Assembly (NCBI GenBank): GCA_951406725.2
Contig: OX597834.1
Location: 25,296,001 to 25,360,000, forward strand
Length of the DNA stretch: 64,000 nucleotides
Origin: Octopus vulgaris
Taxonomy: Eukaryota
Reading direction: 5' to 3'
This document shows positions 1 to 14,352 of the stretch, piece by piece. The notes beneath the pieces are model-generated. The model saw only the letters and a list, made by a program, of their open reading frames with translations. It had not been told where the DNA came from and did no database searches. Positions within the stretch are counted from its first letter, which is position 1. Each line of letters starts with the position of its first letter. Position numbers and translations under genes: made by a program.

Positions 1-234
1 GTGTATATGTGTGTGTGTGTGTCCGACAATTCTAGACGTGTGTTTAACACGCGTATGTATCCCTGTCAATAAATAAAAGAACGTAAATACATATAATACT
101 TTTTTTTTTTTTTATTTTGCCTTCCTCTGACAAGGAATTTCTTTCAGCGAAATGTGAAATAAAAAGTGAAACATTCTAATTTCGTTAATCGAGGTTTTGG
201 TAAATTTATATACATACATACATATACATACATA

Positions 235-303
<69 letters not shown>

Positions 304-1121
304 CATATATGCATATATACATATGTATGTATATACGTAGGTGTATACATATAAGTACGCGTACGTGTATACACATATATGCATATATATATATGTGTGT
401 GTATGTATGTATATATACATATCTACATACATATATACACATATATGTGTATATATACATATGTGTGTGTGTATGAATAAATATGAATATATATGTGCAT
501 GTATATAGATGTGTGTGTATGCGTATGTTCGTGTGTATGTATGTATGTATGTATGTATGTATGTATGTATGTATGTATGCATGTATGTATGTATGTATGT
601 ATGTATGTATGTATGTATGTATGTATGTGTGTGTGTGTGTATGTATGTATATCTATATAGAAGAAAAGATTAAAGAAAAGAGGAAGAGGACAGCAGCAAG
701 AATGATAGATTGATAGATAAACGGATCGATAGATCGATAGCGAGATCGAAATTGATAAAGAATTGGTGACTTAATTACAAAACTTATTTATATTCGTAAA
801 TATATGTATGTACATTTCTAAGTATATATATATCTGTGTGTGTGTGTTGTGTGTGTGTGTTGTGTGTGTGTTGTGTGTGTGTGTGTAGATATATACATAT
901 ACATCCATGTATGTATGTATGCATGTATGTATGTACGTATATGCATATGTAAGTATATAGATATGTATCTATGTATCAGTATATCGATGTATATGTGTAT
1001 GTGTGTACGTATGCATATATGTATGTGTATGTCTATGTAGTAATATATGCATATACATATGTGCCTGTGCGCATGTGTATGTGCGCACAAATATATGTGA
1101 GTGTGTGCGTGTGTGTATATA

Positions 1122-1195
<74 letters not shown>

Positions 1196-1243
1196 CATAC
1201 ATACAAATATATATATATTCATATGTGCAAATATGTATGTATT

Positions 1244-1309
<66 letters not shown>

Positions 1310-1780
1310 TGTATGTATGTGTGTATATATATATGATTATGTGTATGAATGTATACATATGTGTACGTATGTACAGGTACAGCTGTATGTGAACGTATAT
1401 ATGTGCCCGGAAGCATGAGCGAGTGTATGCATGTGTGTATAAGTGTGTGTACATGTGAGTCAGTGTGTGAGGGGGGCGTGAATTTTTGCTATAATCACGT
1501 AATTGAGAAGCAAAAAAACCCCACTTGTTTGCAATATTTTAATGCGTGTATAGTCTTATGTTCATGTATATATATATATTCATATATATATATATTCATA
1601 TATATATATATATCCATACGCTGAATGTATAGTTTAAGTAGAGTGTGTAGTGTGTGTGTATGTGCACAGAACAATTTTGTTTCTTCTGCATATGTAAATG
1701 TGTATAAACACAATTGCATGTGTGTTTATATGTATAGCTTGTTACGCGTATGTGAATATGTGTTTTTTCTGCTTCTCAAT

Positions 1781-1814
<34 letters not shown>

Positions 1815-1934
1815 CGTGCGTGCGTATGTGTGTGTGTGTATTTATTGATATGTGCAATTATGTGCTTAATACGCCTGTGTGTGAGAGAAAGTGTCTGCAT
1901 GATATGTAATGCGTGTGTGCGAGAGTGTGCGTGT

Positions 1935-2015
<81 letters not shown>

Positions 2016-2215
2016 ACTTGTCCATGTGTGTGTTCTGTCACGCGGTAGCAACGTTTTTAAATAAATCGTAATTTCAAAGTGAAATAACTACAATAATAGA
2101 AGCAACGATAATGATAGTAATAATGATAATAACAAATGTGTTAATAACAGCAAAAACGAGAAGTACGGTAATAACAATAATAATTATTATTATTATTGTT
2201 GTTATTTCTACTCTA

Positions 2216-2552
2216 GGAGGCGCAATGGCCCAGTGGTTAGGGCAGCGGTTTCGATTCCCAGACCGGGCGTTGTGAGTGTTTATTGAGCGAAAACACCTAA
2301 AGCTTCACGAGGCTCCGGCAGGGGATGGTGGTGATCCCTGCTGTACTCTTTCACCACAACTTTCTCTCACTCTTACCTGTATTTCAAAGGGCCGGCCTTG
2401 TCACACTCTGTGTCACGCTGAATATCCCCGAGAACTACGTTAAGGGTATACGTGTCTGTGGAGTGCTCAGCCACTTACACGTTAATTTCACGAGTAGGCT
2501 GTTCCGTTGATCGGATCAACTGGAACCCTCGTCGTAGTAACCGATGGAGTGC
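2216..2552 (+). mobile_element. tRNA-derived SINE (family C)
   Basis: Head GGAGGCGCAATGGCCCAGTGGTTAGGGC...GGTTTCGATTCCC has A/B-box-like motifs. The body recurs at 6083-6380, and the head recurs inverted at 41180-41354. Confidence 0.75.
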
Positions 2553-2569
2553 TTCCACTATTTCTACTC

Positions 2570-2775
2570 TAGTTCTTGAAAATTCGTGGGGGGGGGAGCG
2601 GGCTAGTCGATTATATCGACCCCAATGTGTAACTGGTATTTCTTTCATCGAATCCGAAAAGGATGAAAGGCGAAGTCGACCTCGTTGGAATTTGAACTCA
2701 GAACGTAGCGACAAGACGAACTACCGCGAAACATTTTGCCAGGAGTGCAAATGATTCTGCCAGCTCGCTTGCCTT
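2570..2775 (-). mobile_element. SINE (family B)
   Basis: Reverse complement of the GGCGGCGAGCTGGCAGAA...GAGTTCAAATTCC...GTCGACTTTGCCTTTCATCCTTTCGGGGTCGATAAA consensus seen many times in the window. Confidence 0.75.
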
Positions 2776-2776
2776 A

Positions 2777-2866
<90 letters not shown>

Positions 2867-2959
2867 TTACTACCCATGTATTTTAATTTAACTTAAAAAA
2901 AAATAAAAAATGAACGAACTAGTGAGTTTAGTTTAATGGCCTACCAATGTATACTATGA

Positions 2960-3042
2960 GTTTCTCTGCCCTAGGAGTCGGGAAGACACTCGGCAAGAAA
3001 TGGAAGCAAATTTGAAAGAAGAAAAAAAAAGATGATAGTAAC

Positions 3043-3091
<49 letters not shown>

Positions 3092-3253
3092 TTTCTTTTC
3101 TTAGGCATTCACTAGTACAACACTAAATGCAAAACCAAATATATGGCACACTAGGCATAACAACAATACGAACTTCCAACCTGTTGCCTCTTGAGGTCTC
3201 TGGGTGAGACTTGGAGCCAACTTGTACAAATATAAAGCAAAAGTCAAACATAC

Positions 3254-3255
<2 letters not shown>
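2960..3255 (+). mobile_element. Two short 3' tails of probable R4/Dong-like non-LTR retrotransposons, each ending in (TAA)n
   Basis: CCCTAGGAGTCGGGAAGACACTCGG (2968-2993) and TGAGGTCTCTGGGTGAGACTTGG (3192-3214), each followed by an A-rich stretch and a (TAA)n array. They resemble Dong/R4 3' UTR hairpins (from memory), and Dong targets TAA repeats. Confidence 0.35.
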
Positions 3256-3299
<44 letters not shown>

Positions 3300-3474
3300 G
3301 CCCTGGTGCAGTACCAGGCACTGGTCCTCGTGGCTTCTGCTCTTAGCTGAAGTATTATCATATACACGTTATGCCTTGGTGTAAAAGATGGGCTACAGCA
3401 AATATTCTGCTGAATACCATAGACTTGCTTGTCAGCTGTTTGACCTTAACCAGTTAAGCATGTCTCTTAGTGAT

Positions 3475-3606
3475 ATCGACCCCCCGAAAGGATGAAAGAC
3501 AAAATTAAGCTCGGCAGAATTTGAACCTAGAACGTAGCGACGGGCAAAATACCGCTAAGCATTTCGTCCAGCGTGCTAACGATTCTGCCAACTCGCCGCC
3601 TTAAAT

Positions 3607-3637
<31 letters not shown>

Positions 3638-3885
3638 AGAAGAAGAAGAAGAAGAAGAAGAAGAAGAAGAAGAAGAAGAAGAAGAAGAAGAAGAAGAAGA
3701 AGAAGAAAAAGTTAAGTCGATCATATCAAAAGCCAGTACGCAACTGGTACTTAATTTATTGATTCCGAAAGGATGAAAAGCAAAGTAGACCTCGGTGGAA
3801 TTTGAACTCAGAACGTAAAGAGCCGGAAGAAATGTTGATAAGCATTTTGTCCGGCGTGCTAACGACTCATCCACTTCACCGCCTT
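3475..3885 (-). mobile_element. Two SINE family B copies separated by a (GAA)n tract
   Basis: Copies at ~3475-3602 and ~3710-3885 match the family B reverse complement. Confidence 0.7.
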
Positions 3886-3886
3886 C

Positions 3887-4200
<314 letters not shown>

Positions 4201-4806
4201 TAATGTATTTCTATGCATTTTCTTATTTACTCTCTTCTCTCTCCCCCTCTTCTCACACCCACCCTCCTCCTTTTCTCTCTCCTTCTCTCCCCCTTTCATA
4301 CATGCGTGTATGTGTGTGTACGTGTATGTCTGCATGTGTGCACGTGCATGTACATTTGCATGTGCGCCACGTTCACGCATACATCGACTTTAAGCAGAAT
4401 CGTAAGCTATTATTTCTGTGTCGTATTGTATGAAATATGTCTGAATTTGCCTTTGTGAATGTGTGTGTTCGGGGAGTGTTTCTATGTACCTCTGTGTCTA
4501 CGTGTCTGTACATCTGCATGTGCGTGTCTGTGCGTGGTGCATGTGCGTGTGTGTGTGTGTGTCTATGTGTGAGTGTGCATGCGTCTATCTGTGTGTGCGC
4601 TTGAATGTATTTTAACAGTTTCATTTCTCTAATATTTCGGTAATTTTTCGGATATTTTTCTATTTATTCCTCTTTCGTCTTTTTAGATTGAACTTTCAAC
4701 TGTCAGGTTATTACAGAGAAACACTCACGTTCTCTCTCTCCCTTTCTCTCTCTGTCTCTCTCTCACTCACTCTCTCTCTCTTTCTCTCCCAGTAAACCTG
4801 TGAAAT

Positions 4807-4834
4807 ATCATTATCATCATTAGTATTATTATTA

Positions 4835-4919
<85 letters not shown>

Positions 4920-4933
4920 CATCATCGTCATCG

Positions 4934-4976
<43 letters not shown>

Positions 4977-5018
4977 TATTATTATCATTATTATCATTAT
5001 TATCATTATTATTATTAT

Positions 5019-5053
<35 letters not shown>

Positions 5054-5103
5054 TCGTTATTATTATTATTATTATCATCATCATCATCATTATTATTGTT
5101 ATT

Positions 5104-5177
<74 letters not shown>

Positions 5178-5209
5178 CATCATCATCATCATCATCATCA
5201 TTATTATTA

Positions 5210-5288
<79 letters not shown>

Positions 5289-5372
5289 CATCATCATCAT
5301 TATTATCATCATCATGGTTGTAACTATTATTACTATTACAGTTGTAATTATTATTATTATTATTATTATTAT
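4807..5372. repeat. Compound (ATT)n/(ATC)n/(AGT)n trinucleotide array
   Basis: Directly visible. It is the source of the poly-N/D/I/M ORFs. Confidence 0.95.
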
Positions 5373-5613
5373 TGCTGTTTTGCGGCTGTTGATATTTGTT
5401 TTCTGACACGGTGTGGTGTGGTGTGGTGTGGGTAGCGACGGATGCTTATTTAATAAACAGATTAGACATAAAGCTATTAAATCTAAGTGAGATGGGTTCG
5501 CTTTAGTAATGAATACGTTTACACCAAACTGGAAACAGAGGTAAAATATAGTCTGCCGTTGTCATTGAGCATAAGTGAGTGAGTGTGTGAGTGAGTGAGG
5601 ATGAAAGAGTATA

Positions 5614-5646
<33 letters not shown>

Positions 5647-5764
5647 CAGTGTGTATTTATTATTACGTGTGAGTGCTTGCTTTCAAATGATTCTGTTAAT
5701 TTTTTTATTTTGCGGTGATTCCATGGAATGGTAATATATTGAATACGTGTAATTACACGTGTGC

Positions 5765-5956
5765 GTGCTTGTGTGTGTGAGTGCTTCTCTGCCTATGTGC
5801 TTGTGTGTGTGAGTGCTTCTCTGTCTATGTGCTTGTGTGTGTGAGTGCTTCTCTGCCTATGTGCTTGTGTGTGTGAGTGCTTCTCTGTCTATGTGCTTGT
5901 GTGTGTGAGTGCTTCTCTGTCTATGTGCTTGTGTGTGTGAGTGCTTCTCTGTCTGT
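5765..5956. repeat. 32-bp minisatellite, 6 copies
   Basis: Unit GTGCTTGTGTGTGTGAGTGCTTCTCTG(C/T)CTAT starting at 5765, 5797, 5829, 5861, 5893 and 5925. Confidence 0.9.
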
Positions 5957-6082
5957 GTGCTTGCGTATCTGTGGCTGTGTGTGTGCGTACGTAGTTGTGT
6001 GTCGGTGTGTGTGTGTGTGGTGTGCTTTCGGTTGTATGTGCTTGCGTGTGAGTAAAATTCATCTGATTAAATACACAAAGTG

Positions 6083-6380
6083 AAGGCGCGTGACTTAGTG
6101 ATTAGGGTAATCGGCTCGCGATTGTAAAATCCAGAGTTCGATTCTCCGCAGCGCGCTGTGTCCTTGAGCAAGACACTTTATTTCTCGTTACTTCAGTCCG
6201 CTAAGCTCCAAAAGTCAGTTGTATCTGAAAATCAAAGGGGCGGCCCTTGTCACACTCTGTGTCACGCTGAATCTCCCTGGCAATTTCGTTAAGAGTAGTG
6301 TCTGTGGAATGCTCAGCCACTTGCACGTTATTTTCACGAGAAGGTTGATCCGTTAATCTGATCAAATGCAACTCTCGTGC
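6083..6380 (+). mobile_element. Diverged tRNA-derived SINE (family C-related body)
   Basis: tRNA-like head, then CCTTGAGCAAGACACTT, then the same GGCCCTTGTCACACTCTGTGTCACGCTGAAT...GCTCAGCCACTTGCACGTTA body as 2216-2552. Confidence 0.65.
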
Positions 6381-6491
6381 CAGGTTTTTCCTAAATACAC
6401 AAAGGTATGTACCTATCACATGATACTATGACAAGCTGTATATTTGATTATATGCTTACATAAAACCTCATTCAGATTTTATTTATTCCCA

Positions 6492-6770
6492 GGGCTTGAA
6501 TGCCAGACCTATAGAGCCTACAACATGCTGGGTATCACTGGAGCTTGTAAATAGAAGGTCATCAAGTTGGCTATAAAAGCAACAAAGGTTGCCTCCAGGT
6601 AGCTATGTGGATTAGTAGGTGTGACCCATCAAAGGGATAATACTACTTGGAGTAATGATCAAAGGGGGCCTTAATCGCCCCTCCCCCACCTGGATCACCC
6701 GGGTGATGGTCTCTGATTATTCAAAAACCCGAGACACCTAATAATCCTGGGAAACATCATTGATGATGTC
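6492..6770 (+). mobile_element. 3' end relic of a HERO-like (restriction-like endonuclease) non-LTR retrotransposon
   Basis: Translates GLECQTYRAYNMLGITGACK*KVIKLAIKATKVASR*L-(frameshift)-WISRCDP, matching the HERO C-terminus (RAYxxLGITG...AIKxAxxAAExASRWLWIxR). It is followed by a HERO-like 3' UTR ending ACATCATTGATGATGTCC. Confidence 0.65.
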
Positions 6771-7237
6771 CAGATGCAAGAAATAACTACACACACACAC
6801 ACGTCCACACACATGCATACATATGTACATATGTCAGCACACATACACACACACACATACACGTCCACACACATGCATACATATATACATATGTCAGCAC
6901 ACATACACACACACATAGGGGATACTGATAATACAGACACATACCCCACACACACACACAAACGCACATTTACTAAACATAGACACACAGGAATATACTC
7001 ATGCGCAAATAAAGACACATACAATAGAAATACAAAATGGCTGATTATTAATAAAGAAAGACATACAAAAAAAAGAAAGAGGAAAGCAAAGGACCACTGA
7101 TGAGGTCACAGAAGTGTGACGAAAGAACTCTGGCCGAAATACGATTAATATAAAATGGAGCTGAAGCAAGTGAACACCAAATACATAGTGTGCGTGTTTT
7201 TATTGGCTAAACTGGCAACATGACCATCCCCAAATGC

Positions 7238-7298
<61 letters not shown>

Positions 7299-7362
7299 TA
7301 TATTCATATATACATACATATATATGTAAAGAGAGTGCGTGACATGTGTTTGTGTGCGTGTA

Positions 7363-7425
<63 letters not shown>

Positions 7426-8431
7426 GCGTGTACTTATGCACTGTAAAATATATTTACATTGAGAGAAATTTGAAAACCTACAATACATCCTGTCATGCAA
7501 AACAACACAGATAATATGAGAGGTGCCAGGAAAGCGACACAATTATACGCCCTTTACATCTAAAACCCCTTACACTAAGATATCCATAAAACCAACACCG
7601 CAACAACTCCATTTTAGATATCACTTTCTCCTATAGACATCCACATTCAACAAGTAGAAAACTTCAGGTTCGATCTGTAAAAGTAGCAGCTAAATCACCT
7701 CGAATCACACCGTAACAGAAAAATAGAACCTTATGTTGGATAATTCATTCGCAAATGTATTCGAAATGACATGATGGCTCTGGCTGGAATCGTCTCTGTT
7801 CCTAGATCTGCTCTGACCGCGAACTAAACAACATCAACAACAATAACAATAACATAACAAACAACAATCGTTTGATCCCGTGAGCACGTGACCATATCAT
7901 CATTACAATCCCCTCCCTTCCCCCACAGCTCAGCATAAAACAAGCACATCTCGTTGAAGATCCCTTCCAGCGAGGGACTGACTTAGAGTTCACTGGCCTG
8001 ACTACCTCCTAACCAGTGGTGCGCAACACCACGGCAATACGCCGGCAAAAATGCCCAACAGAGATGCTGCAATGATTCACTAAAAGAGAAAAATCTTCAA
8101 AAAATTCTTCAAAAAATCTCACAAAATAAAGCCCAGCCCAAATCTACACAACTGGGACGACTAACTTGATCAAAGATTGACCCAACTTTACATAAATACA
8201 TTACATAAACATCACCACTGCCACCACCATCATCCGAACTGTCACGTCATCATCGTCATCATCGTCATAATCATCATCATCGTCATCATCGTCATCATCA
8301 TCATCATCGTCATCATCATCATTATCTTTATCAATATCATCATCGTAATCGTCATACCCAGCATCATTGTGATCAGTATCAGCATATCTTTGTGCTTTAC
8401 TATTTTCCTCCTTTGTTCCACATTTCAGTAG

Positions 8432-8469
<38 letters not shown>

Positions 8470-8959
8470 CTTCTTCTTCTTCTTCTTCTTCTTTTTCTTC
8501 TTCTTCTTCTTCTTCTTCTTCTTCTTCTTCACTTTCTTCACCTTCTTCACTTTCTTCACCTTCTTCTCTTTCTTCACATTCTTCTTCTTCTTCCTCCTCC
8601 TCCGCCTTCTCATTCGTCTCCTTTTTCTTTTTCTCTTCTTTCTCTTTTGACTCCTTTTTCTTCTTCTCCTCCTTCTCCTTCTTTTCCTTTTCCTCATCTT
8701 CCTCCTCCTCCTCCTTCTTCTTCTTCCCCTTCTTCTTTCCTTCCTTCCCCTCTTCCTTCTTCCTTTTGTTTCTCTTTCTTCTTCAACTCTTCCTTCTTAG
8801 TCTTCTTCTCTATCCCGTTATATTTCTCTATCTTTTCCATCTTTATGTTCTTCTACTTCAAATTACTCTCCTCGTTCTTTTCCTTCAAAGTACAATAATC
8901 AAATTTTACACCCTATAAATTAAGGGGTAATTACAATAAAATTAATGTCGGTAATTTAA

Positions 8960-9230
8960 TCACCCCGCCTAGAGGCGTCGTTGATCATCAGCCTCCATTC
9001 TCGTCTTTCACATTTAAGACTCACTAAGTTAATAGGTCAGTCTTTCAGTAGCCATTAGTTCGACCAACGGATATCCTTTTCTTGCCTTCCCACAATCCTC
9101 TTCCACAATTCTTTCTCCTTTCAGTCGTCCAATTGTTGCAAAATGTACAAAACTTCCTTTGTCTTTTCATTTGATGTCCAAATTACTGACCCTGTTGCGT
9201 CCTATTCTTTCTTATGTTAAGAGGTTTTCT
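8960..9230 (-). mobile_element. Highly decayed RTE-like LINE 3' end
   Basis: Minus-strand fragments FGHQMKR...ATIGRLKGER...CERREWRLMINDASRRG resemble the RTE ORF C-terminus (FGHxxR, GxxxGxR, DRxxWR). Confidence 0.4.
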
Positions 9231-9268
9231 GGTAGATTCTACTCGTCAAAGGATTCTAATTCTCTCTT

Positions 9269-9334
<66 letters not shown>

Positions 9335-9389
9335 ACAAACACACACATTCATGCACACGCACACATACACTCTCTCGCCTTCTCTTTCT

Positions 9390-9454
<65 letters not shown>

Positions 9455-9744
9455 CAGAATCCTTATTTCTTGCAATATAGGTGCTATTCAGCACCCTTAT
9501 TCAATTAGTGACTATAAGATTTTCTTTTATGGTTTTATATTGCGCATAGCTGCCTATATTGATTATATATATATATATGGCGGTGCCCCAGCATGGCCAC
9601 AGCTCATTAGCTGAAACTGGAAAAATCAAATATATATATACATATATATGTTATTTTTTTCCTTCTTTCTTCAAGTTTTCTTCCGTTTCTCGCCGAATGT
9701 TTTCCGTACACCTAGGGCATTATTCTTATTATTATTATTATTAT

Positions 9745-9812
<68 letters not shown>

Positions 9813-9841
9813 ATAGTAGTAGTAGTAGTAGTGGTAGTAGC

Positions 9842-9881
<40 letters not shown>

Positions 9882-9989
9882 TCTTTATTATTATTATTAT
9901 TATTATTATTATCATTATCAAGGATACAATCTATATAAGATTTTATGAAGTAGCTACCATGTAAAACCCTTTAGGTATAAATTAATAGA

Positions 9990-10032
<43 letters not shown>

Positions 10033-10131
10033 GCCTATATCTATGTGATAAATAAAGTAGTTTTAGAGTCATTTGACATATTCTAGTGGCTCTACCAGGT
10101 AATTGCCCTTATTATAATTACATATGCATAC

Positions 10132-10180
<49 letters not shown>

Positions 10181-10329
10181 CATTTTTTGCATAATGAAAT
10201 AAAACACCAAAGCTGTATAGGTATTAGAACATTTATAGATAGAAGGTCTTGCAGCTATTTCCAGGATATTTATTAATTATAGCCCTTCTATTCGCTGCCG
10301 TTTCCTAATTCATGCAGAATATATATATA

Positions 10330-10766
10330 CAAGGGTTGGACAAAATAATGGAAACACCTAGCATCATAGAAGCATAATTTTGAAATATCTATAAAACTGT
10401 CAAAAGCTTGTTTATTTTTATGTTTTTTTATTCATTATTAGTGTTGCTTAATATGCTTTGCTAAAACTGCTGTTTCTTTTCAGATATCATCAGTAAAAGA
10501 TAATTAAAATCCATTAAAATGAAAGATCTATTGGATTTTCAAAGAGGTTAAATTGTTGGTGCTCGTATGGCAGGCGCTAGCATAACGAAGACAGCCGAAG
10601 TAGTGGTTTTCTGATTGCAGCCCTCCCGAAATCTGGCTTTGTGCAGCTCCCGGCGACCAGTTTTTGTGGAAACTGTGTTCTCGAAGTGCTCTGCAGTAAT
10701 TTTGGGAGCTGTATTTTTGTGACCCTTTCTAACAATTCGCGTAAGAGTCCGACGGTCCCTATCTGA
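10330..10766 (+). mobile_element. Truncated, internally inverted Tc1-like transposon
   Basis: TA|CAAGGGTTGGACAAAATAATGGAAACACC left TIR. Plus-strand MKDLLDFQRG*IVGARMAGASITKTAE (10519-10600) abuts minus-strand SDRDRRTLTRIVRKGHKNTAPKITAE...VSTKTGRRELHK...GRAAIRKPLL (10766-10600). Confidence 0.85.
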
Positions 10767-11004
10767 ATCCAAAGTTGATACGTCATTAAACAAAAGGACA
10801 GCTTTATTATATGGAGATAAAATGACAGTCGTGAGTAGCCATCAGCACGATCGTTGTCCGACCTTGTCTCTGGTAGCCGAAGGAATTTAAGCTTATACAA
10901 AAAAGAGTAGAATACGTGGCATAGGTAATTTGCATAATTTAACCAAGAATGAAGAAAGAGAAATAATACAGAGTTGCCAGTCCCTTATATTTAAATAACA
11001 TAAA

Positions 11005-11423
11005 CGTGGCTGTGTGGTAAGTAGCTTGCTAACCAACCACATGGTTCCGGGTTCAGTCCCACTGCGTGGCACCTTGGGCAAGTGTCTTCTGCTATAGCCC
11101 CGGGCCGACCAATGCCTTGTGAGTGGATTTGGTAGACGGAAACTGAAAGAAGCCTGTCGTATATATGTATATATATGTATATGTATGTGTATGTGTTTGT
11201 GTGTCTGTGTTTGTACCCCTAGCATTGCTTGACAACCGATGCTGGTGTGTTTACGTCCCTGCCACTTAGCTCCCTGTCACTTAGCGGTTCGGCAAAAGAG
11301 ACCGATAGAATAAGTACTGGGCTTACAAAGAATAAGTCCCGGGGTCGAGTTGCTCGACTAAAGGCGGTGCTCCAGCATGGCCGCAGTCAAATGACTGAAA
11401 CATGTAAAAGAGTAAAAGAGTAA
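11005..11423 (+). mobile_element. tRNA-derived SINE (family A), near full length, with internal microsatellite and CR1-type tail
   Basis: GTGGCTGTGTGGTAAG...GGGTTCAGTCCC head, CCTTGGGCAAGTGTCTT core, tail GGCGGTGCTCCAGCATGGCCGCAG...(GTAAAAGA)n. More than 10 copies in the window. Confidence 0.85.
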
Positions 11424-11639
11424 ATATACAAGCATTTCAAATAGCTTACAGCATGAATTAGGACAGCTGTATTATTCGTTTAAGGAACCACATTTGTAAG
11501 TTTTTATTGTACCCTGCTTCCGGGTCATACAGCTGTGTGTAAGGATAGGTTCTGAGTCTGTCTTCTAAAACTCTATAACATCCCCACAACTGAAATAAAT
11601 GTCTTCTTCAATTAAATAAACAAAGAAAATATGGTTTCA

Positions 11640-11845
11640 AATTTTGGCACGAGGCCAGCAATTTCGGGAGAAGGGCTAAGTCGATTAAATTGACCGCAGT
11701 CATCGACTGGCACTCATTTTATCGACTCCTAAAGGATGAAAGGCAAAGCTGACTTCGGCGGAATTTGAACTCAGAACACGAAGACAGATGAAAAGCCGCT
11801 AAGCATTTGCTCGGCGTGCTAATGATTCTGCCAGCTCGCCGCCTC
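11640..11845 (-). mobile_element. SINE family B
   Basis: Matches the family B reverse complement. Confidence 0.7.
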
Positions 11846-12061
11846 ACTAAACAAAGGAAAAAAAGCAACAAAAAAATGTAGACAACAGGAATAAGACAAA
11901 TATTTGTGACCAAAACAACATTGTAAAATGTCACTAGGGACAACAACAACAACAACAACAACAACGGCCATACTAAACACACATTATCACCATAACACTA
12001 ACATGTACAAAATACTAAAGAAACAAGCCCCTCTATCAAACACAATTTCTAAAACCAGTCA

Positions 12062-12109
<48 letters not shown>

Positions 12110-12894
12110 ACACTCATTCACTCACTCACTCACTCGCATGCACGTACACACACACACAGAAGACTGAAACGCGATCTGTGAGATACACAATCTTCCATCT
12201 TGATCGTGACTTTGATATCGTCTTTCTATGCGATACCAAAAACATTATAGAGAAATCCCAAACTCAAGAGCCTCGGGGCTCGATGTAATCACAAAAATGC
12301 ACCATAAAAAATATCACCGACTTCCTGAAATAATTATTGAACACAAAAAATACAATAAACACTAACTATTCAATCGTACGGAATCACAAGAATCTGGAAA
12401 CTGCAACAAAATTATAAGAAAAACCCAATCGAAGTTGCATCGTATAAACTTAGGGCCTTTTTTTTCTGTTTTATGAGCTGCTACATATTCGTTTGAAATG
12501 CAAAAAAAGTCGACCAAAATCTCCCTCAAAATGTATCCTAGCATTTTTAGAAACACATTAGATACATCAGTCCTAGGTATATTATGCCTGAAAATTAGAA
12601 GAGATGGTCATGGCTAGAATACTTTCCATCCTTGATCTTTGCATGAGAATTGTTTGGCGGGTGGGATAAACAACAATAGACCTAGAAAGATGCCCGTAAA
12701 TATCACCAACCCATACATTGCCCGATACCAATCACAGTTATGAGTTCAGGTCACTATATTTACCCGCCAACCGAAAGACAATGAAGAAACCTCGATAAAA
12801 CAGCAGCCAAATCTTACTCAAAATCATACCCAACAGTTTTAGCAAAAGGCACATTGGATAATGTCAGTCCTGGGACTCCTGCACATAATATATA

Positions 12895-13220
12895 GCTTTA
12901 CTACCCACAAGGGACTAAATATAGAGGGGACAAACAAGGACAGACAAAGGGATTAAGTCGATTACATCGACCCCAGTGCGAAACTGGTACTTTATTTATC
13001 GACCCCGAAAGGATGAAAGGCAAAGTCGACTTCGGCGGAATTTGAACTCAGAACGTAGCAGCAGGCGAAATACCTATTTCTTTATTACCCACAAGGGGCT
13101 AAACACAGAGGGGACAAAAAGGACAGACATAGGTATTAAGTCGATTACATCGACCCCAGTGCGTAATACCGAAATACCGCTAAGCTTTTCGCTCGGTGTG
13201 CTAACGATTCTGCCAGCTCG
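12895..13220 (-). mobile_element. SINE family B with internally duplicated/dimeric structure
   Basis: Two tails (TACCCACAAGGG at ~12902 and ~13086) in tandem. Confidence 0.7.
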
Positions 13221-13592
13221 ACAGACTGAGTGGTCACAGCCAGAGTGTCTTTGAATATAAGTCTGCTCTAACATGGCTGCCCTATGGCTAAACCACGATT
13301 ACAACAAAAATTCACACTTAGGACCATCGTTCATCAATGTTCACCGTGTAAATACAGATATGATCAAGTTTTGCTTTTTTGGTTGTTTCTTGCTTTTTTA
13401 TGATCACCAGCAAACAGACAAGTCACTTTTTCCTCTTCACCGATGTTTGTCCAAGATGAAGAAAACGCTTTGGGCCAATACATCTTGGCACCAGGGTCGT
13501 TACAGATGCTACTAACAAAATGCAAATATCCAGAACAGATACTACCAGACAGACACTGCCCGACCCACTAAGAGGTTTCCTAAAGTTTCGGC

Positions 13593-14002
13593 GCGGGCAT
13601 GGCTGTGGCGTAAGAAGCTTGCTTCCCAACCATATGGTCCCGAGTTCAGTCCCACCGCGTGGCACCTTGGGCAAGTGTCTTATATTATTGCCTCGGCGAC
13701 CACTACCTTGTGGGTGTATTTGGTAGGCGGAAACTGAAAGAATCCCATCGTGTGTATATATGTATATATATATGTATATATCTATCTAAATATATATATA
13801 TATAATGATTCAAAGTCAGTGATCAACTCTTACGATACCGGTATGACTTTGAATCTATATAATTATTCATAATAATGATTTTTATACTTAATAATTCCAC
13901 CTCAAATCATCTAATTGTATGTATATATCTATGCTTTATTTTAAAAAAAGCCTTTACTTTTTATATCTAATGTGCATTTTCTTTGTTTTCATTTTACTTT
14001 GC

Positions 14003-14055
<53 letters not shown>

Positions 14056-14352
14056 TGGCATATAAAACCGATTTAAGAGGAAACATGGTAACCGCCAAGA
14101 TTATATATCCCTTTGAACTAATTTTTGGATGTGTGTGTGTCTGTGTCTGTGTTTGTGCCTCTCCATTGCTTGACAACCGGTGTTGGGTATAATTACGCCC
14201 CAGTAACTTAGCAGTTCGGCAAAAGATAACTATAGAATAAGTACCAGGCTTAACTAAAAGCAAGTACTGAAGTCAATTCATTCGACTAAAATAATATTCA
14301 AGGCGGTGCCCAAGCATGGCCGCAGTCTAATGGTTGAAGCAAGATAAAAGAT
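13593..14352 (+). mobile_element. SINE family A split by ~370 bp of AT-rich sequence in its central microsatellite
   Basis: 5' half at 13593-13752, 3' half at ~14130-14352. Confidence 0.65.

Noticed and set aside
2216-2275. tRNA-like sequences at SINE heads
   Set aside because: They lack a full cloverleaf and run into SINE bodies, so they are not tRNA genes.
5765-5956. 32-bp repeats as a CRISPR array
   Set aside because: Head-to-tail with no unique spacers, in a eukaryotic context with no cas genes.
7090-7160. CTGATGA-GGTCA...TGGCC-GAAA hammerhead-like motif
   Set aside because: Stem II is plausible, but there is no stem I partner and no convincing stem III/UH site.
11450-11590. Minus-strand acceptor ATTTATTTCAG considered as dioxygenase exon 2
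   Set aside because: The phase-1 continuation reads V-V-G-M-L-stop, with no family similarity.
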